The position numbers and the translations under genes were made by a program. Positions 1 to 14,484 of a stretch of 64,000 nt of DNA are shown piece after piece; the stretch's first letter is position 1; each line of letters begins with the position of its first letter. Under the pieces are notes generated by a model. The model did not search any database. It worked only from the letters and a program-made list of their open reading frames with translations, and was not told the DNA's origin. Source of the DNA: the human T2T-CHM13v2.0 reference genome, Homo sapiens; the NCBI RefSeq assembly GCF_009914755.1, contig NC_060934.1, one strand, 5' to 3'.

Positions 1-1847
1 ATTTTAAATGTTACTTCTGCCTGTTAATACTGTAAGAAATAATATATCCATAAAAATATATTTAGGGCAAACAAACATCACAGCCCTCTCAAAGTTTCAA
101 AACAGATTCATAATCATTATCTTCCCATCTTAGCACAAAAGCTAGAGTTTATATGGGATCTTTAACTGGTCCAAGTTACATGGATTTTTGCCTTTTGACA
201 AAGCATTAACACTTTACTTGAGATTTTTAAATTGTAGGTGTGTTCTCAATAATGCAGAATTCATTTTAAATAACATTATATTTCTATTCCCTCAATGGGA
301 TTATTGTTTGCAAGAAACTCAGTGTTGAGGCTTCACACTGGAAAGGTGGGAGCCAGGCAGAGGCTGACATGAGGAAACCTCCATGGGCCATGACCTTGGG
401 ACATTTGCAGGCCCCCTGCTTCAAACACTCAAGAAACCTATTTGGTAAGAATGCATTTCTCTGTGTCAGCTCTTCAGATTGATATATGAAATCGGAAAGC
501 CACTTTAATAATTCACAAGGTAGTGGTCACAAGGCCTATTACACACGCCGTGGGCATGACCAGATATTCTCTCTCTATACCCAGGGAAGACAGTACAGCC
601 AAAAGGTTCACAGTAATCCTGGGGTCAGAACTGAGAAGCCTGGTTGCAAGGACTTACCAGTGCATCCATTTTTACTATGGCCCAGAACACTGGAAGTCTG
701 CTGGGTTTGAGACCGACTCTTCCCTAGATAGGGATTGGATGGGCACTGCCAGTAGTGGACTCCCTGTCTCTCCTTTTTCTGTCACCAATAGCCAAGTGCC
801 CCTCCCCTCTCTGCTCCATTCCCCAGTAGACAGATTCTTCCTTTATAGAAGTCGAGACACCTAAGCAGGTCGGTCAAGTCGTGTTGACCTGACTGTCTCT
901 TTACAGGGACAACATGTCTTTGCTCTCATCCATTATTTGACTTAGAAGGGCTGGTAGTTAGGAGGAGGTTTTGCTGCTTTCCCTACAACTCTTGAGATTA
1001 AAGCACATCTCCCATAGAAAAGCTACTTGTCCCTTTTCTACATTATAGGAACCCAGATACTTGGTTCTGTTAATCTTGCTAATGGAAATAGCATTGTTTC
1101 CATTTTATTTAACGATATAGCTCTTTTCCTTAAACACATTAAATATATGTCTAACCAGCATTCAAATCTTTCTTTCTGTGATCTGTATGTCAGATGAATT
1201 TGAACTCTAATTACATTTTCCTGATCCATATTGTAGAAACATCTTAGCTAACTGTGCCTCTGAAAATGCCACACTCTTAGGTCTGGACTCTGGACAGATG
1301 TCTTAGACTCTGGACAGATGTCTAAGAGGTGAATCATGTTTATGCAGGGGATAAAAATGATGGTTTTGTGATGGCACTGAGGAACTGGGTTCAATCTAAC
1401 ACATGTTAGATTGCAGTTGTAGGGCAAAGTTTGAAATTTGTGGCAAAAAAGATGATTGCATTCTTAGGCTTTTTGTTTCCAACCAATAGAATAATATATT
1501 GTCACCTTCCTGCATTACAAATGCAATTATAATACAATAATACAAATACAATTTATAATCATTTATTCATTTGTTTTACCTACTATGTGCTGGGCCCAAT
1601 AGAGTATAGGGCAAGGCAGACACTGTCCTCAAAATCAGGAAGCTACTGTAGCTAATGTTTCCTCCACTTGCACTTTTGAAGAATTAGTAGAGACAAAGTA
1701 AACAAGTGCTTTTTAGAGTTCATTTCTCAGAAATCGGAACTAACTTGCAGGATGTCAGTCCAGTTGCGAAAGGTGAGAAAAGCATTTTATTCCTTTTTAA
1801 GGGTGACCACAAAACCCATATATTGGAAATGTCAAAGTTAATATTAC

Positions 1848-1905
1848 ATATACACATGCATATATATGTATATATATGTATATATATGTGTATATATGTA
1901 TATAT
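1848..1905. repeat. (TA)n/(TATG)n-like microsatellite
   Basis: Visible run tatatatgtatatatatgta... Confidence 0.85.
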
Positions 1906-1928
1906 CTTTTTAGGTAAAATATATGGGA

Positions 1929-2312
1929 TAGTCCCACAAGCTCTTCTCTGAGGCCCTGTGGGGCAAGATGTGTTTTGGGATTCAGAATCTGGAGGTTTTA
2001 GGAAGGTAATATGGTTCATATACTAGATATTACATAACACCTAAGCAGATATCAGATATTACATAACACCTAAGCAGGGTCCAGATCAGCACCTTATAAT
2101 CCAACATTGGTGTCTCTACTGTGAAATGTATGATTATTCACAGTAAGTGGGTAAATAATGACTATAAATAGCCTCACACCACTTCAGGTCAGATCTTGCT
2201 GCCAAATGAGTTCAAGTAAGGTCACGTTTGCTGCCAAATGAGTTATGGAAAAAGACTCTTATCTTCAGAGCTTTCTGGATTTGGGAATTTGGAGTAAGAA
2301 GTTGTGGACCTG
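1929..2312 (+). mobile_element. MER46C-like TcMar-Tigger DNA transposon
   Basis: Ends in TTGTGGACCTG followed by TA. Internal ggggcaagatgtgttttgggattcagaat and gactataaatagcctcac match the recalled MER46C consensus. Confidence 0.75.
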
Positions 2313-4111
2313 TATTATGGAATGTTCCTTTATAGAAAACCATCTACTGTTTAGGAAAGGCAACAAAATATATTTAAGCCTACCAGTTATATTACATCAA
2401 TTGATTTAGTAGTAATATTATTCAGCAATTAATTAATTTGAGGAATAAACACTTACTTAATAGTGGCCATGCCAGGGAGATTTTGAACCAGCTAAGGTTA
2501 CATCCTGTTAGCAGATATTAATAGCCAAAGGCATGATTGTGATGCGGGGACAACTTTCTTTGGAAACAATCCGCAGTAGTCAATATATTATATAGCCAAC
2601 CTTCGGTTTAGCAGAGACCAACCTATCAGCTAAGAAAATATCTTTAGTGAATACAATGCTGATTTCAAAGAATCTCAGAATTGGAAGTGAACTTAAAAAA
2701 AATCACTGTAGCCCAACCATCTCTCAGAGCAAAGATTCTTCTTATTCTTGAGACATCAACCCCTTTAAGATTACAAAAGAAAAAAGAAAAGGAAAGAAAA
2801 AGAAAAAAGGCTATGATCTTCATCCCAGAAAGATACACATAATCTACATATGAAAATCATCACAATTATTTTCAAGGGTTCCATTAAGAAATCCTGCCTT
2901 AGATTCTTGCCGTATTTGAAAAGAAAGCTAAGGTAAAATTTCACAGCAATCTTAGTACCGCAGAGAGCGTCTTTATTTTAAGCTGCTTCATAAATTGCCT
3001 GTGGTCATATGTCTTGGTGTCTTCTCTGACATTTATCTCAACTTATGATTTTCTATGCAGTATTTATAAGATAAATATTTTTGAACTCATTGTGACCTTT
3101 TGTTTTTATCTTAAAAGTTGGAAAGAGGAAAAGTAATGACATTTTAGCTTTTCTCTTTGTATTTTTACATTCCATATCATCCATAACTCAGAAGGGTAAA
3201 AAAAAAAAAAAGAAATCCTGTAAGGAAAAGGCCTAAAATGTCCTACTAGTAAATGTATCAAGCATCAATTTTCAGTTTGACATTAACTGAGAAAGGAAAT
3301 GATGAAGTAAATTTTCTAAGTGTTGAGCTGTCACAGGAAAAATGATTTGTATTAGTCTCTGGCATGAAATCATGATTTAGATTTGTCAGTATTAGGCCAC
3401 AATTTATTTTCTTTGACATCTGTAGGAGACTGAGGGGAGAGGGTTCTGGGCATGTTGCAGTGTACACTTCCTTCTGCACTCTCATCTGAATTGTTCATGA
3501 AGAGCATCCTTTTCAGCCTAAGTGTCTGAAAGAGGCTCACCAACCTGCCATGAGGCAGTGCCATGGCAGATCTGCAGAAGGAGTGCATGAACCCCCAGCC
3601 ACACTGATTTCTAAGTGAGCAATGGCTTCCTCCATGCATGGACAGGAAAACTTTCCTTCAGCTTCTTTCCATTCAGTCTAACAAAATGGAACATAAATGG
3701 TCCCAAGTACAAGCCGGATCCCACCTGAAGTCTCACCTGTTAACTTGGTTCCCATCCAACAGCTTGCCTCATTGTCTTCACATGCACACAAGGCCAAGCC
3801 AGGGAAACCCCAGGTAGGCTGGAAAAATAAGCTTAGGTGATTGGTTTCTGGCCCATCATGCAATATTTCTTATCAGGCTCTGCAACTGGGCTTTGGCTGG
3901 GCCTCAGCCCAGAGTCTGGGGAGAATGGAGAGCTCCTCCTTAGATCAAGTGGCCAATGGGTGTGGAGGTTTTCCTCTCACATTGTTACCATTGAGGACCA
4001 TTTCTTCTCCCCTCCCAGTAGGAGAAAAACACTCAGTCATAATAATTAATGTACTTTGGAGCTATTTGGTGTCAAAAAAATACCATGAAGATTACAGAAC
4101 ACAGAATCTGA

Positions 4112-4444
4112 AACAACCTTGAGAACAGTATACTGAGTCAAAGAACCAGACACAAAAGGCACATCTTGCATGAGTCCATTTATATGAAATATCCATAAAA
4201 GGCAAATTCATAGAGACAGAATGTAGACTAGTGGTTGCCAGGGGCTGGGAGGAGGGGGAGGGAAGAGTAATTGCTTAACGGGTCTGTGGCTTCCTTTTGG
4301 GGAGATGAAAACTTTGTGGAACTAGATAGTGGCAATGGTTGCACAACCTTTTGATTATACGAAATGCCACTGAATTGTGAGCTTTAAAATGACTAAAATG
4401 CTGAATTTTATGATATGTGTCTTTTACCACAATAAAAAGAAAAA
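4112..4444 (+). mobile_element. L1MB-type LINE-1 3' end
   Basis: agacagaatgtagactagtggttgccaggggctgg ... aactagatagtggcaatggttgcacaac ... accacaataaaaa. Confidence 0.85.
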
Positions 4445-4679
4445 TCCTATAGAATTATTTTCTATTAGGCTTGCAATTTGTTTAGCTAAACAAAATCATG
4501 TAAAACCAAAACTGGGGAAGCTATTTTAATAAAAGAGAAAGGAAGAAAATTACCGTCACTTGAACAATGGTGAAATATATTTTTATCAGAGTTTAACGCA
4601 TGCAAGGAGGAATCTTAGTCTTCATAAGCCAATGTGATTTCTTCTTTTTACAGATAAAAAAGTTAAGGCTTTTGTGGTA

Positions 4680-4805
4680 ACCCAGTGTTCAGGAACAGAC
4701 ATCTAGATTTGAGTCTTTCTCTGCCAGATTTATGGGCTATGCAATTTAAGTGCAGTTACTTGGAGCTCTCCGAAACTCAGTTTCCACATCAGTAAACTGA
4801 AAATA
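4680..4805 (+). mobile_element. MIR fragment
   Basis: agttactt...ctcagtttccacatcagtaaactga resembles the MIR core. Confidence 0.55.
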
Positions 4806-4839
4806 TCTAGGGCTGATCTTTTGAAAATATCATCAGACC

Positions 4840-5370
4840 TCATGATTCACCAAAGCCAAATCAATTAGAAGTTACTTCAAGACGAGAGAATACCACCATG
4901 ACAAAGTCTTAGCAGTGCCTCATAAGAAGGAAGTCAAAATGGATATTTATAGGGTTTTAGCTCCTGGGGCACATATGATTCACGGCAGGCCTTTCAAGGT
5001 GCAACCGGTTGAGATTGGGCAGGATTTGCAACATAATAGTGTAAGATTGGCCGGCTTAGCAGCGCAAAGGTCTTGAAGCAAGTCTTGACAGGTAAACTGT
5101 TGTTTGAATAGCAAGCTGCTTGCCTGTTGTCTCAGATAAATTCCTACCGGAATTTTCTGAAGCAAACTGTGCAGTTATTTATTGACTTACAGTCTTACTC
5201 CTGTTGAGGGAAGGGTTCCTGGAACAAACAACTAAATTGTGATAACACCGGTGGTCTCAGTTTCAGTCCTGAGTCTGTCATGTCTGATACAGGTCGGAGT
5301 TCCCAGAGATGCTATGGTCACGTGTCAAGCGCATAGCCTGGGCACTCAATACATCCTTCATTTTTTACCA
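4840..5370. mobile_element. possible old LTR fragment (family not resolved)
   Basis: General LTR-like wording only, no diagnostic termini seen. Confidence 0.3.
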
Positions 5371-5584
5371 AAGCATCACCACCATTTCCGCTCAAAACTT
5401 GCTCCTTGATAGTGAATCTCTGTCAGAACTAGAAGAAAGGTTTGTGCTGTACAGACCGGAACCCTTCCTGCCATCCACAGTCGGACTGGGCTCCACTTCT
5501 TTGGTCAAAGGCAAATTAATTCAGCTACAATAAAGACTCCCAAGTCTTTTCACCATCCTGAATGAGGCAGCAGCAGAGCGCAGG

Positions 5585-5730
5585 GTTATGATGCTGACAG
5601 ACCGAGGCCCTAGCTTCCCTGTTGCTTGATTTGTGACCCTAGGCCAGTTATTTCCCTCTTCCAGCCTCACTTCCTCATCTAGAAGATGAGGACGATCGCG
5701 TTTAGCACGTAATACATATTCGGCTAACTT
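5585..5730 (+). mobile_element. MIR fragment
   Basis: tgtgaccctaggccagtta...cagcctcacttcctcatctagaagatgagg. Confidence 0.6.
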
Positions 5731-6599
5731 TTTAAATTAAGTAAATAAATTGTTCTCTCAAATTTTTTTAAAATTTTTTTTCTAAGGTTGAAAAAGATGA
5801 AGCTTTTTTGTTTTGTTTCCATTTGTTTCTGGTCATCCCTTATCTTCTGGGAGGACCTGGGTTACAGCTCCCTGGACATGATCCCATCCTTTCATGTGGG
5901 ATCCTGGGCCCGACCTATTCAGAGGGAGAATGCGGAATCTCATGGGACAAGGTGGGTGCGAGGGACCCACAGACAGATTTTTCAAACCAAAGTTTAGATA
6001 AACATGATCAAATCTAAAAATATTCATTCTTAGCTACTCTCCTCTTTTCCTATGACTTTCAACACCCCTCATGTGGTTGAAATTTGTAGCCATTCCCATT
6101 CAACCTGCTTTGCTGCCTAGGGGTCAAATATAACAGAGTTTTTTTGCTTGTTTGTTTTTGTTTTTGTTTTTGCAGTATTTATTTGTATAAACTAGCAGTT
6201 TTCTGACTACGGAAACATCCGCATCCATATGGCAGGTCAAATCCATGCTATCAGAGAATTGTGGATAATTCTAATTTTGAACACTTGGAATGGAAGCTTT
6301 CAGAAAAGGCCCCTGAACTGGGGATTGGGACCTGCATGGGTTCTAATTCTCTCTGCCCCCAGTAAGTTTGTGGGAGCAATTTTATACCTGGTAACTCCAG
6401 TGTTGAATGTGCAAAGGCTGCTGGTTGAACCAGGTAACCACTAAGGTATTTTCTTAGCTCTGATTAATTGTAATTACCCTACTTTTAACCATTGATGTAT
6501 TCTTGAAAGTTCAGGCTTTCCTTAAAGGCAAATCTCATCACTTTCTCAGGGGTTTTAAAAGAAATCCAAGTTAATTAATTAATTTATATCTTTATATCA

Positions 6600-7110
6600 A
6601 GAAACATTTATTGAGCTCCAACTAGAAGCCAGGTACTATGTTAGGTCATGGGGTCATGGAAACCCAGGGCGCTGGAGACCTGGAGGAGGGCATGACCAAC
6701 ATAAATCTCTAACTCGGCAGGGTTTACTGTGAGACCCCCAAGGAGGGAGCAGATTCTAACACTGGCTGGGACAGTCAGGGACAGCATCACCCACAAGGTA
6801 CCAACGGGCTGAATCTTGAGTGGTGAATTGTTTTTGCCCAGATGAAAAGGACATTCCAAGCAGAAGGAAGAAACTCTCAAAGGCATGCAGGCAAAAAAGA
6901 GCAAAGGACGTGTTCTGTGTTCCAAAGACAGCAGGAACATTTGCATGGCCGGAGCAGAGGCTGCCAGGCTGGCCCAGTGGGAAAGGATTCCTGATAACAG
7001 GCAAAAGCTGGATTGGGAAGGAGTTTATATATCTTAATAAGAATTTTGGACTTCATTCTATAGGGAAGAGAGTCACTGAAGATTTTAAGTACAAGAATAA
7101 CTGGGTCAGA
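6600..7110. mobile_element. degraded L2 fragments
   Basis: aaacatttattgagctcc...gccaggtactatgttagg and gaattttggacttcattctataggg...cactgaagattttaag. Confidence 0.55.
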
Positions 7111-7607
7111 TTGGAGTTTTTTTCACAAGCAATCCCCGGTCACAGGGGAGATGGATGGGTGGAAAAAGAACTAAAGAAGACGGCAAGAGAAGGCCATCAA
7201 CTTCAAAATGGGAGACAGGTGGAGGAGCAGTTTGGGGAAGTTCACAGTAAACGGATGTGTGGTTTAAGACTCTTGCATCTGTGGGGATGCGGGGAGAGAT
7301 GGCCACCAAGCACCTAGGAAAATAGATTTGTGCCTCAGGGAAGGGTTAGAGAACAAGGGACTTGTTGGAGGGACTTTTCACTTTTAACTTCAGGTTAGAA
7401 GTTAAATGCGAAAACGATCTAATACACCAAAAACACCCCAAAATAAGTAGGAAAATAACGATGAGGAGAAGACAAATGATGGGGAAGAGAACAGTCATTT
7501 CTACAGTTTTCCTTGGGCTGGTTTTCAAAATGACAAGTCTTTTTTACATGTTGAAGGATAAATATCTCTTTTGGATAGCCAATTTAGACATCATATGAAT
7601 ATAATAA

Positions 7608-7743
7608 TGGCCTCATTGTCTCTAACTCAACACTGCCATGATGCCCTGAGTAATTGTAAATGCTCAAGATGCACAAAGATGCAAGATCCAAGGATACATC
7701 TGCATACGTCCACTGAAGATCACATTTTAAACCTTAATAGCTT
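7608..7743 (+). repeat. short local duplication, copy 1 (partner 9226-9366)
   Basis: Direct alignment by eye, with a 44-bp identical core. Confidence 0.9.
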
Positions 7744-8844
7744 AATAACAGATAAGAAAAATACAGATTCCAGTATTATTAAATATGTATGCATGTGTAT
7801 CCATATAAGTGGTGTGTGTGTGTGAGTGGTGTATGTGTGTGTGTTCACATTCTTTCTCCTCCTAGGAAAAGATGATGCATTAGCTCAGGTGAGTTGCCCA
7901 GAAATAGCTAGGAAAAGGTCATGCTCTCCTTCTTCAGAGTTTCAGCCTGTTGTCCTCATATGCCCAATTTATGCAGGACTTTCCCCTACATCATCGAAAG
8001 AATGTGTTTGGCACCAGGGCCTTGGTATCAAGCAGACAACATATTTCTTACTTTAGAAGTGCAACTGGTAGAATAAAGAGCCTGAGAACCGGAACTGCTG
8101 CCAGAAATAGCAGGGCAAATTCACCCACTTCCAAGAAGGTCACTCAGTCTCAGAACAGGGTACAGGCAGATCGAAGCAAATTCTTGGCACCGCCTCTGCC
8201 ATATCTGCCTGTTGCATAATGGACGGCCCTTAGTTCTCTTGATTGAGAGCACTGGTGTTGACCTGGCATTTTCTGTTGCTCTCTGTTATATCACTTTCCA
8301 GTCCATGTCAAAACAATCACTATTGTCAGTGACCTTCCCTAATAACTCAGTCTCTCTTCTGTATTTAACAGCTGCCTGTTGAGAATCCTATTTTTAACAA
8401 ACAATTATAACCTAAGAGCTGTCATCTGTCAGGTTTTAAATGTTTGTTAAAAATAGGAGTCCCAGACATGTAGCCATTAGGCAACAGAAAGCCATAAACA
8501 ATGGGAAGAGCAAGCAACAGCAGGAGACGTTAATCACATCTGAACTCATTACTAAACCTCCACTTTGGAAGGGCCATAGTCAGTGGCAAATCAGGCAGAG
8601 TTGGAGGGTGATTGCTGTTAACAGAAGCAGTTCTACTGACCTTCAGGAAATTATGTCCTGTGGACATCCTGCTCACATTAATAAATGAGAGCAATGCTCT
8701 TTTGGTGGACGGGGAGGACCTGTCCTAGAGTAGGAATTGGAAAAATAAGATAACGTCTCAAGAATGATGCATAACTCAGGAGAGTGCTTTGAAACCATAG
8801 CTAATTTTTCCTCTTTTATTTAGCACCACCCAAACTGCTTTTAG

Positions 8845-9005
8845 GCATTACATCACTTGACCTAAGAGAACACTGTGAGGCAAGTACTGTGTTGTCACAT
8901 TTTACTGATGAGGAAACTGAGGCTTAAAGAAGGTCAAATAACTTGCCCAAGAAGACAGAGCTGGGAAATGGCTGTATAGGACTTCAGGAACCCAGGCACT
9001 TTCCA
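8845..9005 (-). mobile_element. MIR fragment
   Basis: cattttactgatgaggaaactgaggcttaaagaaggtcaaataacttgcccaag. Confidence 0.8.
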
Positions 9006-9225
9006 TAGAGCCCACCCTCTTAACCACTCCATTCTTTCTCCTACCTGTGACACGAAATGCCCTTTTACGAAAACTGAAGCAGAAGCACCACCTCTCCACC
9101 CCACTGCTAGACTCTCTGATTCAAGCCACACTTGGCCAGGAGGGTGGTGGCAGCCTGGGTTCTGGTCAAGACAGAGCTCTCTAAATCATCCTCCAGTTGG
9201 GGAGTGAAGGTTGCAATTTGTTCCG

Positions 9226-9366
9226 TGGCCTCATTCTGTCTGATTCAACACTCTGCCACGATGCCCTGAGTAAATTGTCAATGCTCAAGATGCACAAAGA
9301 TGCAAGATCCAAGGATACATCTGTGTATACGTCCACCAAAGGTCATATTTTTAACTTTAATAGCTT
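9226..9366 (+). repeat. short local duplication, copy 2 (partner 7608-7743)
   Basis: Direct alignment by eye. Confidence 0.9.
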
Positions 9367-11078
9367 GTTTTTACCCAGGCCCGTGACTCCTTTTCTTTTC
9401 TCATGCATGATAGAATATGTGCTTTTCTTCCTGAGCTATACCCTACCCATTTCCTTGGTCTTACCTTCATAGTATTTTTCCACTATTTCCTTTGATTTAG
9501 GGAAATTCAAATTTTCAAATCTACAGAGCCCTAGGACATGGGAGACTATTAAGTTCACTAGAGCAGAAGATCTTTAAATAGTAGCCCCTGGTAAATTGGA
9601 TTCTGCATCATTAATAATCACCTGGAGGACAGAGGAAGAGAGTCCCTCTAATTGACAATCACTCAGAAATGAATATAAAACATCTCTGAAATGCTAATTG
9701 TTAAGTGTTTATTGAGGCCCATCATATGCCTTTGCTGAATACTAAAGTACCAAAACATTTCCAAAGAACTTACAGTCTGATTGTACTCCAAAGAATAGAG
9801 GTAAATATGATATTATATTATATGTAATCAAGTGTGAAAATGTGCACAATATGGTTCAATTGATGGAAGTATGTTGTATAATCATGTTTTGGTCACACAC
9901 CTACAATATCAAGTGAGCTACTATTTTCTCAGTTAAAATTCAAAGTCCATAATTTTCTGTGAGAAGCTGTGACATCACAATAAAGACACTGATCAGGATT
10001 TTTTTCTTTCTGGCATTTAGATTTTTTTTTTATTTGAAGCTCTTTTAATATCTTTGAAATATTTAATAAGAAATGCAGTTACTATTAAATATGCAGTTAT
10101 TAGCCACAGATAGTACTTCTCATTGTAAATAAAAGTTATTTTCCCAGCACCTACTCGCTCCTTAAATGTTATTTCAAAAATGCATTCTGTGTGATGATAC
10201 TGTTCTTAGGATTTCACTTTTGGAATCCAAATAACAATAACGTTCCCTTTCTCCCCGTGAAATGCATCTGTTCGGAGCCCTGATGACACAGAAAGAATTC
10301 TCAAGGTCTCCTGGAGAAAATACTTCATCAACTTGATGGCCAACATGAGATTTTGAAGAAGGGAAGACAAGTGCAACCGGCTGAGGACGGTGCACAGAGG
10401 CCTTCTAAATTCTTCTGCAGTTTGTAGTGCTACAGATAAGTTTTTCCATGGAGCAGTCCAACCTCAGTTGCTGCAAGACCTGTTTTTTCTGTGTGTGTGT
10501 TTTTTTTAAACAAGTCAGTAAACTAACTGGAACTTCTGTCAAGTCTTGTGGCTCTGTATAAATGGGTGCAGATTTAACTTGACACATTAATTTCTTTCTA
10601 GAAAACAATTTATATTCATAGAATCATGGAATCCCAGAGAGGGAAGGGCCTTCACAGTCAGCCTGTCCAAACATCAATCTCGCGCTTGCATTGTTCACTT
10701 CAAAAGCAGTCTGTGTTCCAGAGCAGCTGCGCTCAGGCCCCGGAGGCTGGTATTTTGCATGTCCTCTGTCCCGTCGGGGCCGTTCAGGATGAACATCACT
10801 TGTTGGTGATTATTTTTGCTGGGTGGTATGGACAGATTCTGAGTGATAGGTTGGTAGTTTGTGAGGATTAGAGATTTTGAAAAACGCTATTTATAAAGAG
10901 AGATGCCAGTGTTATTATTTTCATCTCTGTGTGAGGAGTCCGAGGCCTAGAAAGACCAAATGGGCAGAGCTTGAATGCAGGCCAGGGAGGCTCCAAAGCC
11001 TACGCTCTGATGCTCTTTCTGCCAAACCACACTACTGGGATATTTTAACAAACCCGAGAAAGAATGAGGGAAAATAAC

Positions 11079-11383
<305 letters not shown>

Positions 11384-11660
11384 TTTTTTTTGAGGCAGGG
11401 TCTCACTCTGTCACCTAGGCTGCAGTGCAGTGGAAGGATCTCAGCTTACTGCAGCCTCAACCTCCTGGGATCAAGCGATCCTCCCACCTCAGCCCCACCG
11501 AGTAGCTGGGACTACAGGTGTGTGCCACCATGCCCAGCTAATGTTTGTATTTTTTGTAGAGATGGAGTTTCGCCATGTTGCCCAGGCGGGTCTCAAACTC
11601 CCGGACTCAAGCAATCAACCCACCACTGCCCCGCAAAGTGCTGGGATTACAGGTGTGAGC
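11384..11660 (-). mobile_element. AluJ
   Basis: gcagcctcaacctcctggga and gatcctcccacctcagcc (J-type). Confidence 0.9.
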
Positions 11661-12835
11661 TAAGGCAAAATGACTTTTTAAAAAATAGATTAAAATGTAT
11701 TGGTAGCATGGAGAACTAGAAACTGATTTTGGGGGGCGGGGGGTCACCCAGTAGCTACAGATATCTACCTCCCCTGCCCTGTATTTCTACATTTTTCTTT
11801 TCTCTATAGAAAAGTCTATACTTTAAAAAATTCCAGCATGTAGTTTCATTTTCAGTTTCCCCTAAATGTATGCAGATTTGACAGATCCCTTTGCCAGCCA
11901 CCCATGAAATCAGATGAGTAATTTCAAATTGCAGGGCTGGAAAAATGACCAGCACAGAATAAAGACATCAGCTGGCAGCCGCAAAAGACAGATCTCAAAA
12001 ATGAGGAGCAGTAGCTGAGAGGCTAAGAGAATCTGTCCTAGCCACAAGAGCTTGGAAAACAGAGGAAGTTGAATCAGGTAGATTGCTGTGAGTGGGAGAC
12101 TAGGGAGGAATTAAATCTTGGAGTGCCCAATAACTGTTTGGTGTCAGCTCTTGACAGAACGCAAGCTCCCACATGCCCGGTGACCAAGCAAATTAAGACA
12201 GTCCTGGCTCAGGCTGCCGACAGGAACAAGAGAGAGAAATCTGATGTCAGAATAAAGGCCTCATTGGCAAATTAAGCTGAATCAAGGTGAAACGACAGCA
12301 TGGCAGAAACTTACTTGTAATTTGCCTGCCTTTAGTCTATACTCCCAAATCTTACACATGTGCAGTAAAATATTTTTTCACTAGGAACTGTTATGCTGAT
12401 TTTATAGAAAACACATGGAAGACAGATCCCCAAAGAGGGAGAAGAAACATGACAGTGATGAAAAGAAAACAAGGTCCGTGGCTGGTGACAACCAGACGTT
12501 ACCAACAGCAGCATCAGGAGGTTTCTGTTCGATGGATGGTTCATTTTCATCCAAGAATTAAACAAAGGAACATCAGATTTTATTTTTGAACATTGGAGTT
12601 TATGATTGTTTCCTTCCAATAACAGCTACTTCATTCATGGTTCCACCCATCCATCATTTGGTTCTGTTGAACTCAACTAGGTTTTCCTTTTCCTTAACAT
12701 TTTACATTTTGTTAAACAGAAAAGTGAAGAGAACAGAAAAGTAACCATAATTAGAAACAGATATCTATATACCTGCCACCTACTGGAGTTGATTAATATT
12801 GACATTTGGCCATATTCACTTCAGAGCTTTTAAAT

Positions 12836-13176
<341 letters not shown>

Positions 13177-13376
13177 CTAAATGTATTTTAAAAAATAAAG
13201 ACAAGTTGAAGCTCCTTGGTTTCTTACCCTGTACTAGTCTCCTTTTTTCCTCCCCAGAGCCAGTCTCTATCATGAATTCAGTAGGTTTCCTTTACCAAGT
13301 TGTCATACCTGTTAATATATATATATATGTGTGTGTATATATGCACTATACACACATACACATGGATACATCATAG

Positions 13377-13695
<319 letters not shown>

Positions 13696-14138
13696 TTTGT
13701 CTTATTATTTTTAAAATTAATTATTACTTTTAGCATATTGTAGATATTAATCCATAGCCACATCATAGTATAGGCATGAATCTACAACTTGCTATTTTTC
13801 AGCCAATCCATTTTGAAATCCATTTTTCTACATCATATGGAGACCACTAGTTTTGAGAACTTTAAAAAAGATGATTCCCACAGGGCAAATGTTCCTATTA
13901 GGTAATAAAAGATTCAGGTGATGAGTATTATGGACAAAAGGAAGACATTAACTGCACCTCACAGAGTATCATGAGGATCTCTGATTGATCAAATTAAAAA
14001 ATCAAATTAAGAAGCACAACATTTTTTAAAATTGCAGTGAGTACTAATCAGCCTTGATATGTTTGTTATGGAGCTATTTTATTGAAATAAAAGTGCTTTG
14101 AAGATGAAAAGCACATTTTTTTTCTTTCCCAGAATTAA

Positions 14139-14484
<346 letters not shown>

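Noticed and set aside
1286-1326. 18-bp tandem duplication with a small tcttagac/gtctaaga hairpin
   Set aside because: Ordinary slippage-scale duplication, too short to interpret.
2025-2244. Two internal direct repeats (24 bp and 17 bp)
   Set aside because: Inside the MER46C-like element, explained as local tandem duplication or consensus structure.
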